Below are positions 40,045 to 51,552 of a stretch of DNA of 64,000 nt, piece after piece. The position numbers and the translations under genes were made by a program. Below the pieces are notes generated by a model that did not search any database, was not told the DNA's origin, and worked only from the letters and a program-made list of their open reading frames with translations. Source of the DNA: Mobula hypostoma (taxonomy: Eukaryota); contig NC_086104.1 in NCBI RefSeq assembly GCF_963921235.1, positions 75,144,001-75,208,000 of the forward strand. Reading direction: 5' to 3'. Numbering within the stretch: position 1 is the stretch's first letter; every line of letters starts with the position of its first letter.

Positions 40045-42184
40045 ATAGCAACAGATGTAAAAAAGTTCTTTGTCTAAGCTTGATCTATTTTTCTTTGCGA
40101 GGACAGGAAATGTGAATTCATTTGTATCTTGGATCAATTGCTTAGGTGTAAAGAAACTGTACAAAACTGTGTATAGTTAGTGTTGTATTTTTGCACTGTG
40201 TAGCCAGGCCCTGTATTGTTTTAGTTGTAAGTAGCTGATTTTTTGGGAGGTCAGATTCTGATACACAGTATAGAGGGCATACAGAGTAAATAGCAGGACC
40301 TTAGGAGCCCTGATATACAGTATCATCTTGAGGTACAAATCCATTGATCTCTGAATGTGTGACACAGGTAGACAGAGTAGTGGAAAAGCCATTTGGTGTG
40401 CTGCTGTTAGAGGCCATTATGTTGACTTTAAAGACTAGGACACATTTTGCAGTTGTGTAAAACATTAGGTAACCATAGATACTACAGCACAGAAACAGGC
40501 CTTTTGGCCCTTCTTGGCTGTGCCGAACCATTTTCTGCCTAGTCCCACTGACCTGCACACGGACCATATCCCTCCATACACCCTCCATCCATGTATCTGT
40601 CCAATTTATTCTTAAACGTTAAAAAAGAACCCGCATTTACCACCTCGTCTGGCAGCTCATTCCGTACTCCCACCACCCTCTGTGTGAAGAAGCCCCCCCC
40701 CAATGTTCCCTTTAAACTTTTCCCCCCTCACCCTTAACCCATGTCCTCTGGTTTTTTTCTCCCCTTGCCTCAGTGGAAAAGGCCTGCTTGCATTCACTCT
40801 ATCTATACCCATCATAATTTTATATACCTCTAATCAAATTTCCCCTCATTCTTCTACGCTCCAGGGAATAAAGTCCTAACCTATTCAACCTTTCTCTGTA
40901 ACTGAGTTTCTCAAGTCCCGGCAACATCCTTGTAAACCTTCTCTGCACTCTTTCAACTTTATTTATATCCTTCCTGTAATTTGGTGACCAAAACTGAACA
41001 CAATACTCCAGATTCGGCCTCACCAATGCCTTATACAACCTCATCATAACATTCCAGCTCTTATACTCAATACTTTGATTAATAAAGGCCAATGTACCAA
41101 AAGCTCTCTTTACGACCCTATCTACCTGTGACGCTACTATTAGGGAATTTTGTATCTGTATTCCCAGATCCCTCTGTTCCACTGCACTCCTCAGTGCCTT
41201 ACCATTAACCCTGTAGGTTCTACCTTGGTTTGTCCTTCCAACGTGCAATACCTCACACTTGTCAGTATTAAACTCCATCTGCCATTTTTCAGCCCATTTT
41301 TCCAGCTGGTCCAAGTCCCTCTGCAGGCTCTGAAAACCTTCCTCACTGTCTACTACAGCTCCAATCTTTGTATCATCAGCAAATTTGCTGATCCAGTTTA
41401 CCACATTATCATCCAGATCATTGATATAGATGACAAATAACAATGGACCCAGCACTGATTCCTGTGGCACACCACTAGTCACAGGCCTCCACTCGGAGAA
41501 GCAATTCTCTACTACCACTCTTTGGCTTCTTCCATTGAGCCAATGTCTAATCCAATTTACCACCTCTGCATGTATACCTAGCGACTGAATTTTCCTAACT
41601 AACCTCCCATGCGGGACCTTGTCAAAGGCCTTACTGAAGTCCACGTAGACAATATCCACTGCCTTCCCTACATCCACTTTCCTGGTAACCTCCTCGAAAA
41701 ACTCCAACAGATTGGTCAAGCATGACCTACCACACACAAAGCCATGTTGATTCTCCCTAATAAGTCCCTGTCTATCCAAATGCTTGTAGATTCTGTCTCT
41801 TAGTACTCCCTCCAATAACTTACCTACTGCCGACGTTAAATTTACCAGCCTATAATTTCCCGGATTACTTTTCGATCCTTTTTTAAACAACGGAACAACA
41901 TGAGCCACTCTCCAATACTCCGGCACCTCACCTGTAGACAGTGACATTTTAAATATTTCTGCCAGGGCCCCTGCAATCTCAACACTGGTCTCCTTCAAGG
42001 TCCGAGGGAACACCCTGTCAGGTCCCGAGGATTTATCCACTTTAATTTTCCTCAAGACAGCAAGGACCTCCTCCTTTTCGATCTGTACAGTTTCCATGAT
42101 CTCACTACTTGTTTCCCTTAATTCCATAGACTTCATGCCAGTTTCCTTAGTAAATACAGACGCAAAAAACCTATTTAAGATCTC

Positions 42185-44988
42185 AAGCAACACACATCAA
42201 AGTTGCTGGTGAACGCAGCAGGCCAGGCAGCATCTGTAGGAAGAGGTGCAGTCGACGTTTCAGGCCGAGACCCTTCGTCAGGACTAACTGAAGGAAGAGT
42301 GAGTAAGGGATTTGAAAGTTGGAGGGGGAGGGGGAGATCCAAAATGATAGGAGAAGACAGGAGGGGGAGGGATAGAGCCAAGAGCTGGACAGGTGATAGG
42401 CAAAAGGGGATACGAGAGGATCATGGGACAGGAGGTCTGGGAAGAAAGACAAGAGGGTGGGGGGACCCAGAGGATGGGCAAGAGGTATATTCAGAGGGAC
42501 AGAGGGAAAAAACGGATAGTGAGAGAAAGAATGTGTGCATAAAAATAAGTAACAGATGGGGTATGAGGGGGAGGTGGGGCCTTAGCGGAAGTTAGAGAAG
42601 TCAATGTTCATGCCATCAGGTTGGAGGCTACCCAGACGGAATATAAGGTGTTGTTCCTCCAACCTGAGTGTGGCTCCATCTTTACAGTAGTGGAGGCCGT
42701 GGACAGACATGTCAGAATGGGAATGGGATGTGGAATTAAAATGTGTGGCCACTGGGAGATCCTGCTTTCTCTGGTGGACAGAGCGTAGATGTTCAGCAAA
42801 GCGGTCTCCCAGTCTGCGTCGGGTCTCGCCAATATATAAAAGGCCACATCGGGAGCACCGGACGCAGTATATCACCCCAGTCGACTCACAGGTGAAGTGT
42901 TGCCTCACCTGGAAGGACTGTTTGGGGCCCTGAATGGTGGTAAGGGAGGAAGTGTAAGGGCATGTGTAGCATTTGTTCCGCTTACACGGATAAGTGCCAG
43001 GAGGGAGATCAGTGGGGAGGGATGGGGGGGACGAATGGACAAGGGAGTTGCGTAAGGAGCGATCCCTGCAGAATGCAGAGAGAGGGGGGAGGGAAAGATG
43101 TGCTTAGTGGTGGGATCCCGTTGGAGGTGGTGGAAGTTACGGAGAATAATATGTTGGACCCAGAGGCTGGTGTGGTGGTAGGTGAGGACCAGGGGAACCC
43201 TGTTCCTAGTGGGGTGGTGGGAGGATGGAGTGAGAGCAGATGTCCATGAAATGGGGGAGATGCGTTTAAGAGCAGAGTTGATAGTGGAGGAAGGGAAGCC
43301 CCTTTCTTTAAAAAAGGAAGACATCTCCCTCATCCTGGAATGAAAAGCCTCATCCTGAGAGCAGATGCGGTGGAGACGGAGGAATTGCGAGAAGGGGATG
43401 GCGTTTTTGCAAGAGACAGGGTGAGAAGAGGAATAGTCCAGATAGCTGTGAGAGTCAGTAGGCTTATAGTAGACATCAGTGGATAAGCTGTCTCCAGAGA
43501 CAGAGACAGAAAGATCTAGAAAGGGGACAGAGGTGTCGGAAATGGACCAGGTAAACTTGAGGGCAGGGTGAAAGTTGGAGGCAAAGTTAGTAAAGTCAAC
43601 GAGTTCTGCATGCGTGCAGGAAGCAGCGCCAATGCAGTCGTCGATGTAGCGAAGGAAAAGTGGGGGACAGATACCAGAATAGCCACGGAACATAGATTGT
43701 TCCACAAACCCAACAAAAAGGTAGGCATAGCTCGGACCCATACGGGTGCCCATAGCTACACCTTTAGTTTGGAGGAAGTGGGAGGAGCCAAAGGAGAAAT
43801 TATTAAGAGTAAGGACTAATTCCGCTAGAGGGAGCAGAGTGGTGGTAGAGGGGAACTGATTAGGTCTGGAATCCAAAAAGAAGCAGAGAGCTTTGAGACC
43901 TTCCTGATGGGGGATGGAAGTAGATAAGGACTGGACATCCATGGTGAAAATAAAGCGGTGGGGGCCAGGGAACTTAAAATCATCGAAAAGTTTAAGAGCG
44001 TGAGAAGTGTCACGAACATAGGTCGGAAGTGATTGAACAAGGGGTGATAAAACCATGTCGAGGTATGCAGAAACGAGTTCGGTGGGGCAGGAGCAAGCTG
44101 AGACAATAGGTCGGCCAGGACAGGCAGGTTTGTGGATCTTGGGTAGGAGGTAGAAACGGGAAGTGCGGGGTGTGGGAACTATAAGGTTGGTAGCAGTGGA
44201 TGGGAGATCCCCTGAGCGGATAAAGTCGGTGATGGTGTGGGAGACAATGGCCTGGTGCTCCTTAGTGGGGTCACGATCGAGGGGTAAATAAGAGGAGGTA
44301 TCCGCGAGTTGTCGCTGTGCCTCGGCAACGTAGAGGTCAGTACGCCAGACTACAACAGCACCCCCCTTATCGACGGGTTTAATAATGTTAGGATTAGTGC
44401 GGAGGGAGTGGAGAGCAGAGCGTTCCGAAGGAGTGAGGTTGGAATGGGGACAAGGTACGGTGAAGTCGAGACGGTTGATATTCCGTCGGCAATTAGCGAT
44501 AAAGAGATCCAGAGCAGGCAGAAGGCCAGAGCGGGGTGTCCATGAAGAAGAGGAGGCTTGAAGACGGGAGAAGGGGTCATCGGTGGGGGTGGAAGAGTCC
44601 TTGCCGAAGAAGTAGGCTCGGAGATGGAGACGGCGGAAGAAAAGTTCCGCATCATGGCGAACACGGAACTCGCTGAGGTGTGGGCGAAGGGGGACAAAGG
44701 TGAGGCCCTTACTGAGGACAGAGCGTTCTGCCTCCGACAGTTGAAGGTCGGAGGGGATGGTAAAGACCCGGCACAGATGAGAGCTGGGATCAGAGGGGGG
44801 AGGGGGGAGGCTGGGGGTGTCAATGGAGAGGGGAGGGTTGGGGTGAGAGGAAGATGGAGCCTCTGAGGGCCCAGGAGTTGACGGTGGGATCTGAGGAAGA
44901 CGGGGCTGCGGAGTGGTGGTGGGGGAAGGGGAGACGGGAGTCACAACAGCAGCACATAAAGACCCGGCCTGGAGCTCAAGGCACCCAT
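42185..44988 (-). mobile_element. Neptune-type PLE, long arm: RT plus GIY-YIG endonuclease (frameshifted)
   Basis: ORF 42905-44944: LLPKIHK, RPIVS, FTMDVQSL, QTKGVAMGTRMGP, RYIDD. ORF 42582-42908: VIYCVRCSRCGLLYIGET...EH...HF...E. The Cys-rich RT-EN linker is typical of Neptune. Confidence 0.95.
42250..42285 (-). ncRNA. Intact minimal type I hammerhead ribozyme motif
   Basis: Minus strand reads AGTC-CTGACGA-AGG-GTCTCGG-CCT-GAAA-CG-TC-GACT. Confidence 0.85.
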
Positions 44989-46592
44989 GCTATGGGCACC
45001 CGTATGGGTCCTAGCTATGCCTGCCTTTTTGTTGGGTTTGTGGAACAATCTATGTTCCGTGCCTATTCTGGTATCTGTCCCCCGCTTTTCCTTCACTACA
45101 TCGACGACTGCATTGGCGCTGCTTCCTGCACGCATGCAGAACTCGTTGACTTTACTAACTTTGCCTCCAAATTTCACCCTGACCTCAAGTTTACCTGGTC
45201 CATTTCCGACACCTCCCTCCCCTTTCTGGATCTTTCTATCTCTGTCTCTGGAGACAGCTTATCCACTGATGTCTACTATAAGCCTTCTGACTCTCACAGC
45301 TATCTGGACTATTCCTCTTCTCACCCTGTCTCTTGCAAAAACGCCATCCCCTTCTCGCAATTCCTCCGTCTCCACCGCATCTGCTCTCAGGATGAGGCTT
45401 TTCATTCTAGAATGAGGGAGATGTCTTCCTTTTTTAAAGAAAGGGGCTTCCCTTCCTCCACTATCAACTCTGCTCTTAAACGCATCTCCTCCATTTCACG
45501 TACATCTGCTCTCACTCCATCCTCCCACCACCCCACTAGGAACAGGGTTCCCCTGGTCCTCACCTACCACCCCACCAGCCTCCGGGTCCAACATATTATT
45601 CTCCGTAACTCCCGCCACCTCCAACGGGATCCCATCACTAAGCACATCTTTCCCTCCCCCCCCCTCTGCATTCCGCAGGGATCACTCCCTACACAACTCC
45701 CTTGTCCATTCGTCCCCCCCATCCCTCCCCACTGATCTCCCTCCTGGCACTTATCCGTGTAAGCGGAACAAGTGCTATACATGCCCTTACACTTCCTCCC
45801 TTACCACCATTCAGGGCCCCAAACAGTCCTTCCAGGTGAGGCAACACTTTACCTGTGAGTCGACTGGGGTGATATACTGCGTCCGGTGCTCCCGATGTGG
45901 CCTTTTATATATTGGCGAGACCTGACGCAGACTGGGAGATCGCTTTGCTGAACATCTACGCTCTGTCCACCAGAGAAAGCAGGATCTCCCAGTGGCCACA
46001 CATTTTCATTCCACATCCCATTCCCATTCTGACATGTCTATCCACGGCCTCCTCTACTGTAAAGATGAAGCCACACTCAGGTTGGAGGAACAACACCTTA
46101 TATTCCGTCTGGGTAGCCTCCAACCTGATGGCATGAACATCGACTTCTCCAACTTCCGCTAAGGTCCCACCTCCCCCTCGTACCCCATCTGTTACTTATT
46201 TTTATGCACACATTCTTTCTCTCACTCTCCTTTTTCTCCCTCTGTTCCTCTGAATATACCTCTTGCCCATCCTCTGGGTCCCCCCCCCCCCTTGTCTTTC
46301 TTCCCGGACCTCCTGTCCCATGATCCTCTCATATCCCCTTTGCCAATCACCTGTCCAGCTCTTGGCTCCATCCCTCCCCCTCCTGTCTTCTCCTATCATT
46401 TTGCATCTCCCCCTCCCCCTCCAGCTTTCAAATCCCTTACTCACTCTTCCTTCAGTTAGTCCTGACGAAGGGTCTCGGCCTGAAACGTCGACTGCACCTC
46501 CTCCTACAGATGCTGCCTTGCCTGCTGCGTTCACCAGCAACTTTGATGTGTGTTGCTTGAATTTCCAGCATCTGCAGAATTCCTGTTGTTTG
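44989..46592 (+). mobile_element. Neptune-type PLE, short inverted arm
   Basis: Inverted copy of 43757-42185 starting at gctatgggcacccg (AMGTRMG), with ~34 extra terminal nt. The whole 42185-46592 insert is flanked by the 13-bp TSD tatttaagatctc (42172-42184, 46593-46605). Confidence 0.95.
46458..46493 (+). ncRNA. Intact minimal type I hammerhead ribozyme motif; predicted cleavage between 46489 and 46490
   Basis: Stem I AGTC/GACT, core CTGACGA, stem II AGG/CCT, GAAA, palindromic ACGT in place of stem III, and a GTC cleavage triplet. Confidence 0.85.
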
Positions 46593-47329
46593 TATTTAAG
46601 ATCTCCCCCATTTCCTTTGGTTCCGCACATAGCTGACCACTCTGAACTTCAAGAGGACCAATTTTATCCCTTACAATCCTTTTGCTCTTAATATACCTGT
46701 AAAAGCTCTTTGGATTATCCTTCACTTTGACTGCCAAGGCAACCTCATGTCTTCTTTTAGCCCTCCTGATTTCTTTCTTAAGTATTTTCTTGCACTTCTT
46801 ATACTCCTCAAGCACCTTATTTACTCCCTGCTTCCTAGACCACACTTGGCATATGGTGTATAGTTTAGTGGTTGCCACGCTACAGTAAAGGTGTGGTAGC
46901 AATAGACAGTGCAGAAGAGATTGACCAGTACATTGCCTGGACCGGGCAGCTTTGGTTTTTGGAAGAGATTGGATGAAGTGAAGTGGGTTTATTCTCACTG
47001 GAGTGTTGGAGACTGAGGTATAATCTTATGGAGGTTTATAAAATTACGAGGAAAATAATATACAGTACTGTGCAAATATGATCATTACAGAATGTCCCTC
47101 TGGTGCTTCCCACTCCCTTCCTTCTTCCTTCTCCTTTTCCCAACCATGATTCCCCCCTCCCTGTACCTTTTCTCTCTCAGTCCATAGTAGAGACCCCATA
47201 TCGCAATCAGGTTTATCATCACTCACATATGTCATGAAATTTGTTTTTTTTTGCAGCAGTACAATCCAATACATAGAATTACCACAGTTCTATGCAAAAG
47301 CCTCAGGCACCCAAGCTCTATATCAATGG

Positions 47330-48202
47330 AACTCTAAAATTAAACGGGACGAGAATACACATAAAATTAAGATGTTTGCTGGCCTGGGCTAGCATCAGTG
47401 GCATCAGCAGTTGGTCTGCCACCTGCCCTCAGGGGAAGGAGAGATAAGGAACAATGGAGCAGCGTCTGGAGATGTGTAATGAAGGGATGTGGGAGGGAGA
47501 GCTGTCTGGAGCAGCTCCCCCTTTGAACCCTGAACTGTTTGAAGTGATGGACAGGCGATACCCCAGCAGGGGGATAAAAAGGGACAGGTTCGCTAAGGCA
47601 GGACACACGCCACCCGAGGTAACGAGACCCTGGAAGCGGTACGCCTCTCACGAGTGGGTGAGAAGTACCAGACAACGACCAGGGTGGAAAGGTACGATCA
47701 GCGGGAACCGGTGTGTGTCCACCCTTGCCTGGGTGCCGGGTTCACTGCAGAGGATCGACCGCATCTGGAGGAGGGATCACAGTCGGTGACCTCAGGTGAC
47801 ATCACCAAGGACCCGCCCAAAAGCTGCTTGTGAGCCATCTCGCCGGTCTGTGAGTGAAGCTGTGCTGAATGATCAGTTGTTCCTGTTCTCTGTGTCTCTC
47901 TTCCCCCACGTTGTCCATCCATGGCAACGATTACTGCGAACTGAACTACTAAACTGGACTGAACTTTGAGTCACTTTTAAATTTGGTCATTTACCCCTAG
48001 ACAACGATAGAGCTTGATTGATGCTGTTATCTTAATTCTGTGCACATGTGTGTTTATCATTGCTGAACTGTTGCATTTATTATCCTTTCGATTACTGTGT
48101 TGCTTGTATCTTTAATAAAACTTTCTTAGTTCTAGTAATCCAGACTCCAACTGAGTGATCCATTTCTGCTGGTTTGGCAACCCAGTTACGGGGTACGTAA
48201 CA
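47330..48202 (+). mobile_element. Solo LTR, probably Gypsy-type; 5' end not seen
   Basis: GC/CpG-rich block with a TATA-like ggataaaaa (~47572), AATAAA at 48114 and terminal ...gggtacgtaaCA; no PBS or internal ORF follows. Confidence 0.65.
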
Positions 48203-50333
48203 AAGGAAAGAGAGTGAAAAATTTTAAAGGAGGTCTGTGGGCAAGTTGTTGACACAGAGTGATGTCAAAGACAAATCCAAGTCAAAAATCACATGTTGTC
48301 AGGTTAATTTCTTTTAAAACTATACCCATAATTTTCTTTCAAATTCCAAGTATCGCATACACACTGGTGAGGAGCTTCTGAACGATGAAGAAAATCAGAT
48401 AAACAAAAATATCAAGCAGTCTTTTGCCTCAAGCCTTATTATCATTCCCTGCAGCCTGCAGTACCTTTCCAAAGCATGAATAACATGCTACATCCTACAT
48501 CCAGAAATAATAGCTATTAATCTTAATATGCTTATTTGCTATTGCTTATCAAGAAAGTAAACCTCAAGAGATACATTAACCATTCACCAAGGCAAGTAGT
48601 TGACAACATCAGAAGTAAACAACTGCTGGTAACCAACAAAATATACTTCCCATCTATGAAACATACCTTCTGCTTCGATCCAAAAACAGTCTAATGAATG
48701 CTCTAATTTTTCCTGCCATCAACCTTTATTCTCCACACCCTTTCCACCCCTCACCCCCATTTCCAGCCCCACTCTCAATGAGCTATTATCCGAATCTGGA
48801 TTTTAGGCAGCCAAGTTAGATTCATGGATGCCAATTAAGTTAGATACACTGATGCAATTGATCATAGACTATAGAGATTACTCTCAAGGTATAACTGGCA
48901 TAACAAAATGTTAAAGGCTTGTTTATTTTACAGCATTATTCAGACTATTTATTATTCATTTGGTAGACCACAGCCAATTTGAATCTTAAATCCACATGTA
49001 ATTTATTCTGGGCACAGATATGGAACTGAGTGTTTGATTTTAAAGTCATCCGTTTAATTTTACTCACAAATCATTCTTTTCATTCAAATAAACCACATAA
49101 ATGATCTCCTGTAGGGATATTGAAAAGAAGCTTAGAGATTTTTTTCTCAGCAAGGATCCATAGTTTGCTAAGCTATTATCCAAGAGAGCTCATGACATCC
49201 AATCTCTTGCCACATCAAAATGAGCTCGCAAAGTCACTGGTGCATTATCAAAAACCCTTCAGGAATCCATTCGGCCCAGTGTGTTGCACTGAGACAGTGT
49301 GCACAGTGAATCCATGGAGAGAAATGCACAGAAACTTGTATTTTCCTGTGGTTAACACAAATCATTTCCAGTGTAAATCAAACACACTAATTCTCATACT
49401 CTGAATGCTACAGGATGGGACAAGCTTGCTGCTTAGAAGCTGGCCATTCATCTCTGAATTCTGCCATGTACAGAATCTGATGCATCCAAAACATTTTAGA
49501 GGACAAGCAATGATTTGTTTCTTTACATGGCTAGGATCCATATGAGATTTCATTATGTTGTTTTATCAACTAATCATCACGTGAGACAAACAGTTCATTC
49601 TGTTCCAGAACCTCAGAGAGTGATACACTTTTAAAAATAACTCATAGCTGTAAAGCTGAAATTGCTTTGAAAGAATTTTGCTGAGTGAACTCTGGGAGCT
49701 GATGGCAGAACTAAGGATCAAACACAAAATCTGACTGCATGAAAGATGTGTTCTGAAGATCTTCATCTAATGTCTCTGCTCTTGGGTATGAAATTAAATA
49801 TGAAATTAAGAATTTCATTGATTTTACAGCTTAAAGATTGGCCATTTGACTTGATTGATCCATGTATGCTTTGTACACCTCCTCATATCCTTAATCACTT
49901 TATCCTATCAACACTTTATCCTTCTTTTCTTTTTTCCTGCCAGTTTATCTTATATTATCCTAATTTCAACTTTGTGCCTTCAATCACCAGAGCTCCAGAA
50001 TTTTTGGTCACTAAGTCCTTGCAACACAGTTATCAAAAGCTTCATTATTTGGCCCATGACATTTCAAAGTACATTTATTATCAAAGTCGGTATACTTTAT
50101 ACAACCTTGAGATTTGTTTCCTTACAGGCAGCCACAAAACGAAGAACAGTAATAGAACTCATTAAAAACAAAAGAAGACCATTCAGACTCCCAGTGTGCG
50201 GAAAGAGAAAGTTAAAAAAACATGCAAACAATAAACGCAAGCAAACAGCATCAAGAACTGAAGTTCACAGTGCCAGGCATCACTGCAGTCGATCCAGAGC
50301 CACGGTTTTAATGTCACAGTAGTTCTCACAATT

Positions 50334-51175
50334 ACAAACACAAGAGATTGTCAGATGCTGAAAACCTTGAGTAACACAAATCTGGAGGAACTCAGCAAGT
50401 CAGTTAGCTTCTATAGAGCAGAATAAACGATGACATTTGAAGGCCAGTGATGTGGACATTGCTGCACCTCTCTGCGCTCTAAGTCCAGTGACATGGACGA
50501 ATGACAAAGGACCTCTGGAGTCCAGAGATCTGCTCCAGAATTGAACGTCAGCAATATGTACATGGAGACCAAAGATATCCAGAGACCAAGCATGCCTCCA
50601 CTCTAAGCCTGAAAGTCAGTGACATGGACAGGTGACAAAGGACATTCGTAAATTTTGTACTGTCCCAGGTCTGTCAGTCCCCTGTATCGGATGTCTGTCC
50701 AAGCAGAAGGCACAAGAAGGTCAAAGAGCCAGACAGTTGGCAAACCTGGAGTTCGAAGAGGAGCTTGGGGTCCCATCATCAGTTAGCCCGAGGAGTGGGG
50801 AGTCGATGCCAAGTATTACGGCCCAAAGGTCACTAAGAAGTCCAGAGGTTGAAGCCCAATAGCTGAAGCTAGAGACTGGAAGCCTGCCCTGGAGTTGGAG
50901 GTGTGTGAGTGTGTGAGTGCGTGGGTGTTGTAAAAGGGCTTCTTTCGCTGTTTTTGCCGTTGTTTTGATGCTGGTTGTGTTCTGTGTTGTTCTGCCAAGC
51001 GTTGTAGGCATGCTATGTTGGCGGTGGAATGTGTGGTGATAATGCAGGCTGCTCCCAGCACAACCTTAGGTGTTTTGGTTGTTAACACAAAAGATGCATT
51101 TCACTGTATGTTGATATATATATGTGATAAATAAATCTGAATCTCACGTTTCGAGATGAGACCCTTCATCAAGAT
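50334..51175 (-). mobile_element. Solo PLE tail split within its HHR by a ~700-bp plus-strand non-autonomous element (~50439-51145)
   Basis: The tail runs to aataaacgatgacattt and resumes acgtttcgagatgagacccttcatcaaga. The insert ends aaataaatctgaatct and has internal agtgacatggac..tgacaaaggac repeats. Confidence 0.7.
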
Positions 51176-51552
51176 ACAAGTTCTCACAATCTCAAAAGTC
51201 AATAAAGAGATCATAATTAACAGTCTAAGCTTATTTCAGGCAGACAAGTTAAATGTATTCCATGCGTACCCTTGGATCTAATTTATACCTAGACTCAATG
51301 CTGCCATTGGCAATGTTAAGTGTTTAACAATGGCAGCTGTTGTCAAGATTTGACAACAGTGGTAGTGTTAGAAAGCAGTACAACTGATCACATATGTGCC
51401 AATAAAGCTACTTACTAAGTGCTGTTACCCTGCAGCCAGCCTGGGAAACACAAACTTAATACAGGCAGAAATGTATTTTAAATCAGCCACATTAAATTCC
51501 AATCAGTTCAATTCAATTCTCACAAACTATCTTTAAGATGAGCTTTCTAAAT

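Larger units (their letters stand above)
40471..46835 (-). mobile_element. Young CR1 LINE (ORF2 3' part) split by the inverted PLE
   Basis: ORF 46531-46998 ...KDNPKSFYRYIKSKR...EPKEMGEILN continues as EILNRFFASVFTKE in the 457-aa RT ORF 40820-42193 (NYRLV, QHGF, DFSKAFD, FADD). Confidence 0.95.
38570..48265 (+). mobile_element. Old degenerate CR1 in four pieces (~38570-39244, ~40238-40470, ~46836-47050, ~48203-48265), host of a nested stack
   Basis: ORF2 motifs continue collinearly across each insertion: NPDKC|..FGR, aaaacattaggt|tagaccacactt (KTL.RPHL), and VYKI|..KFKG. Confidence 0.75.

Noticed and set aside
39636-40164. Phe/Leu-rich and Arg/Lys-rich ORFs overlapping HMGB2
   Set aside because: Alternative frames of the GAG/GAA repeat that encodes the acidic tail.
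39232-40234. Possible TSD around the PLE-HMGB2 insert (tgtaacgta versus tgtaagta)
   Set aside because: Short and imperfect, and the right copy may belong to the HMGB2 3' UTR; not accepted as a TSD.
44854-45735. 293-aa ORF as a novel gene
   Set aside because: It simply reads through the inversion junction into the PLE RT frame.
47061-47316. Tc1-like end motifs (tacagtactgtgcaaa; acagttctatgcaaaagcctcaggcacc)
   Set aside because: Both are in the same orientation, short, and mixed with a LINE tail; I could not define an element.
50443-50650. Spaced direct repeats resembling a CRISPR array
   Set aside because: Only two or three degenerate, irregularly spaced copies inside a eukaryotic retroelement, with no cas genes.
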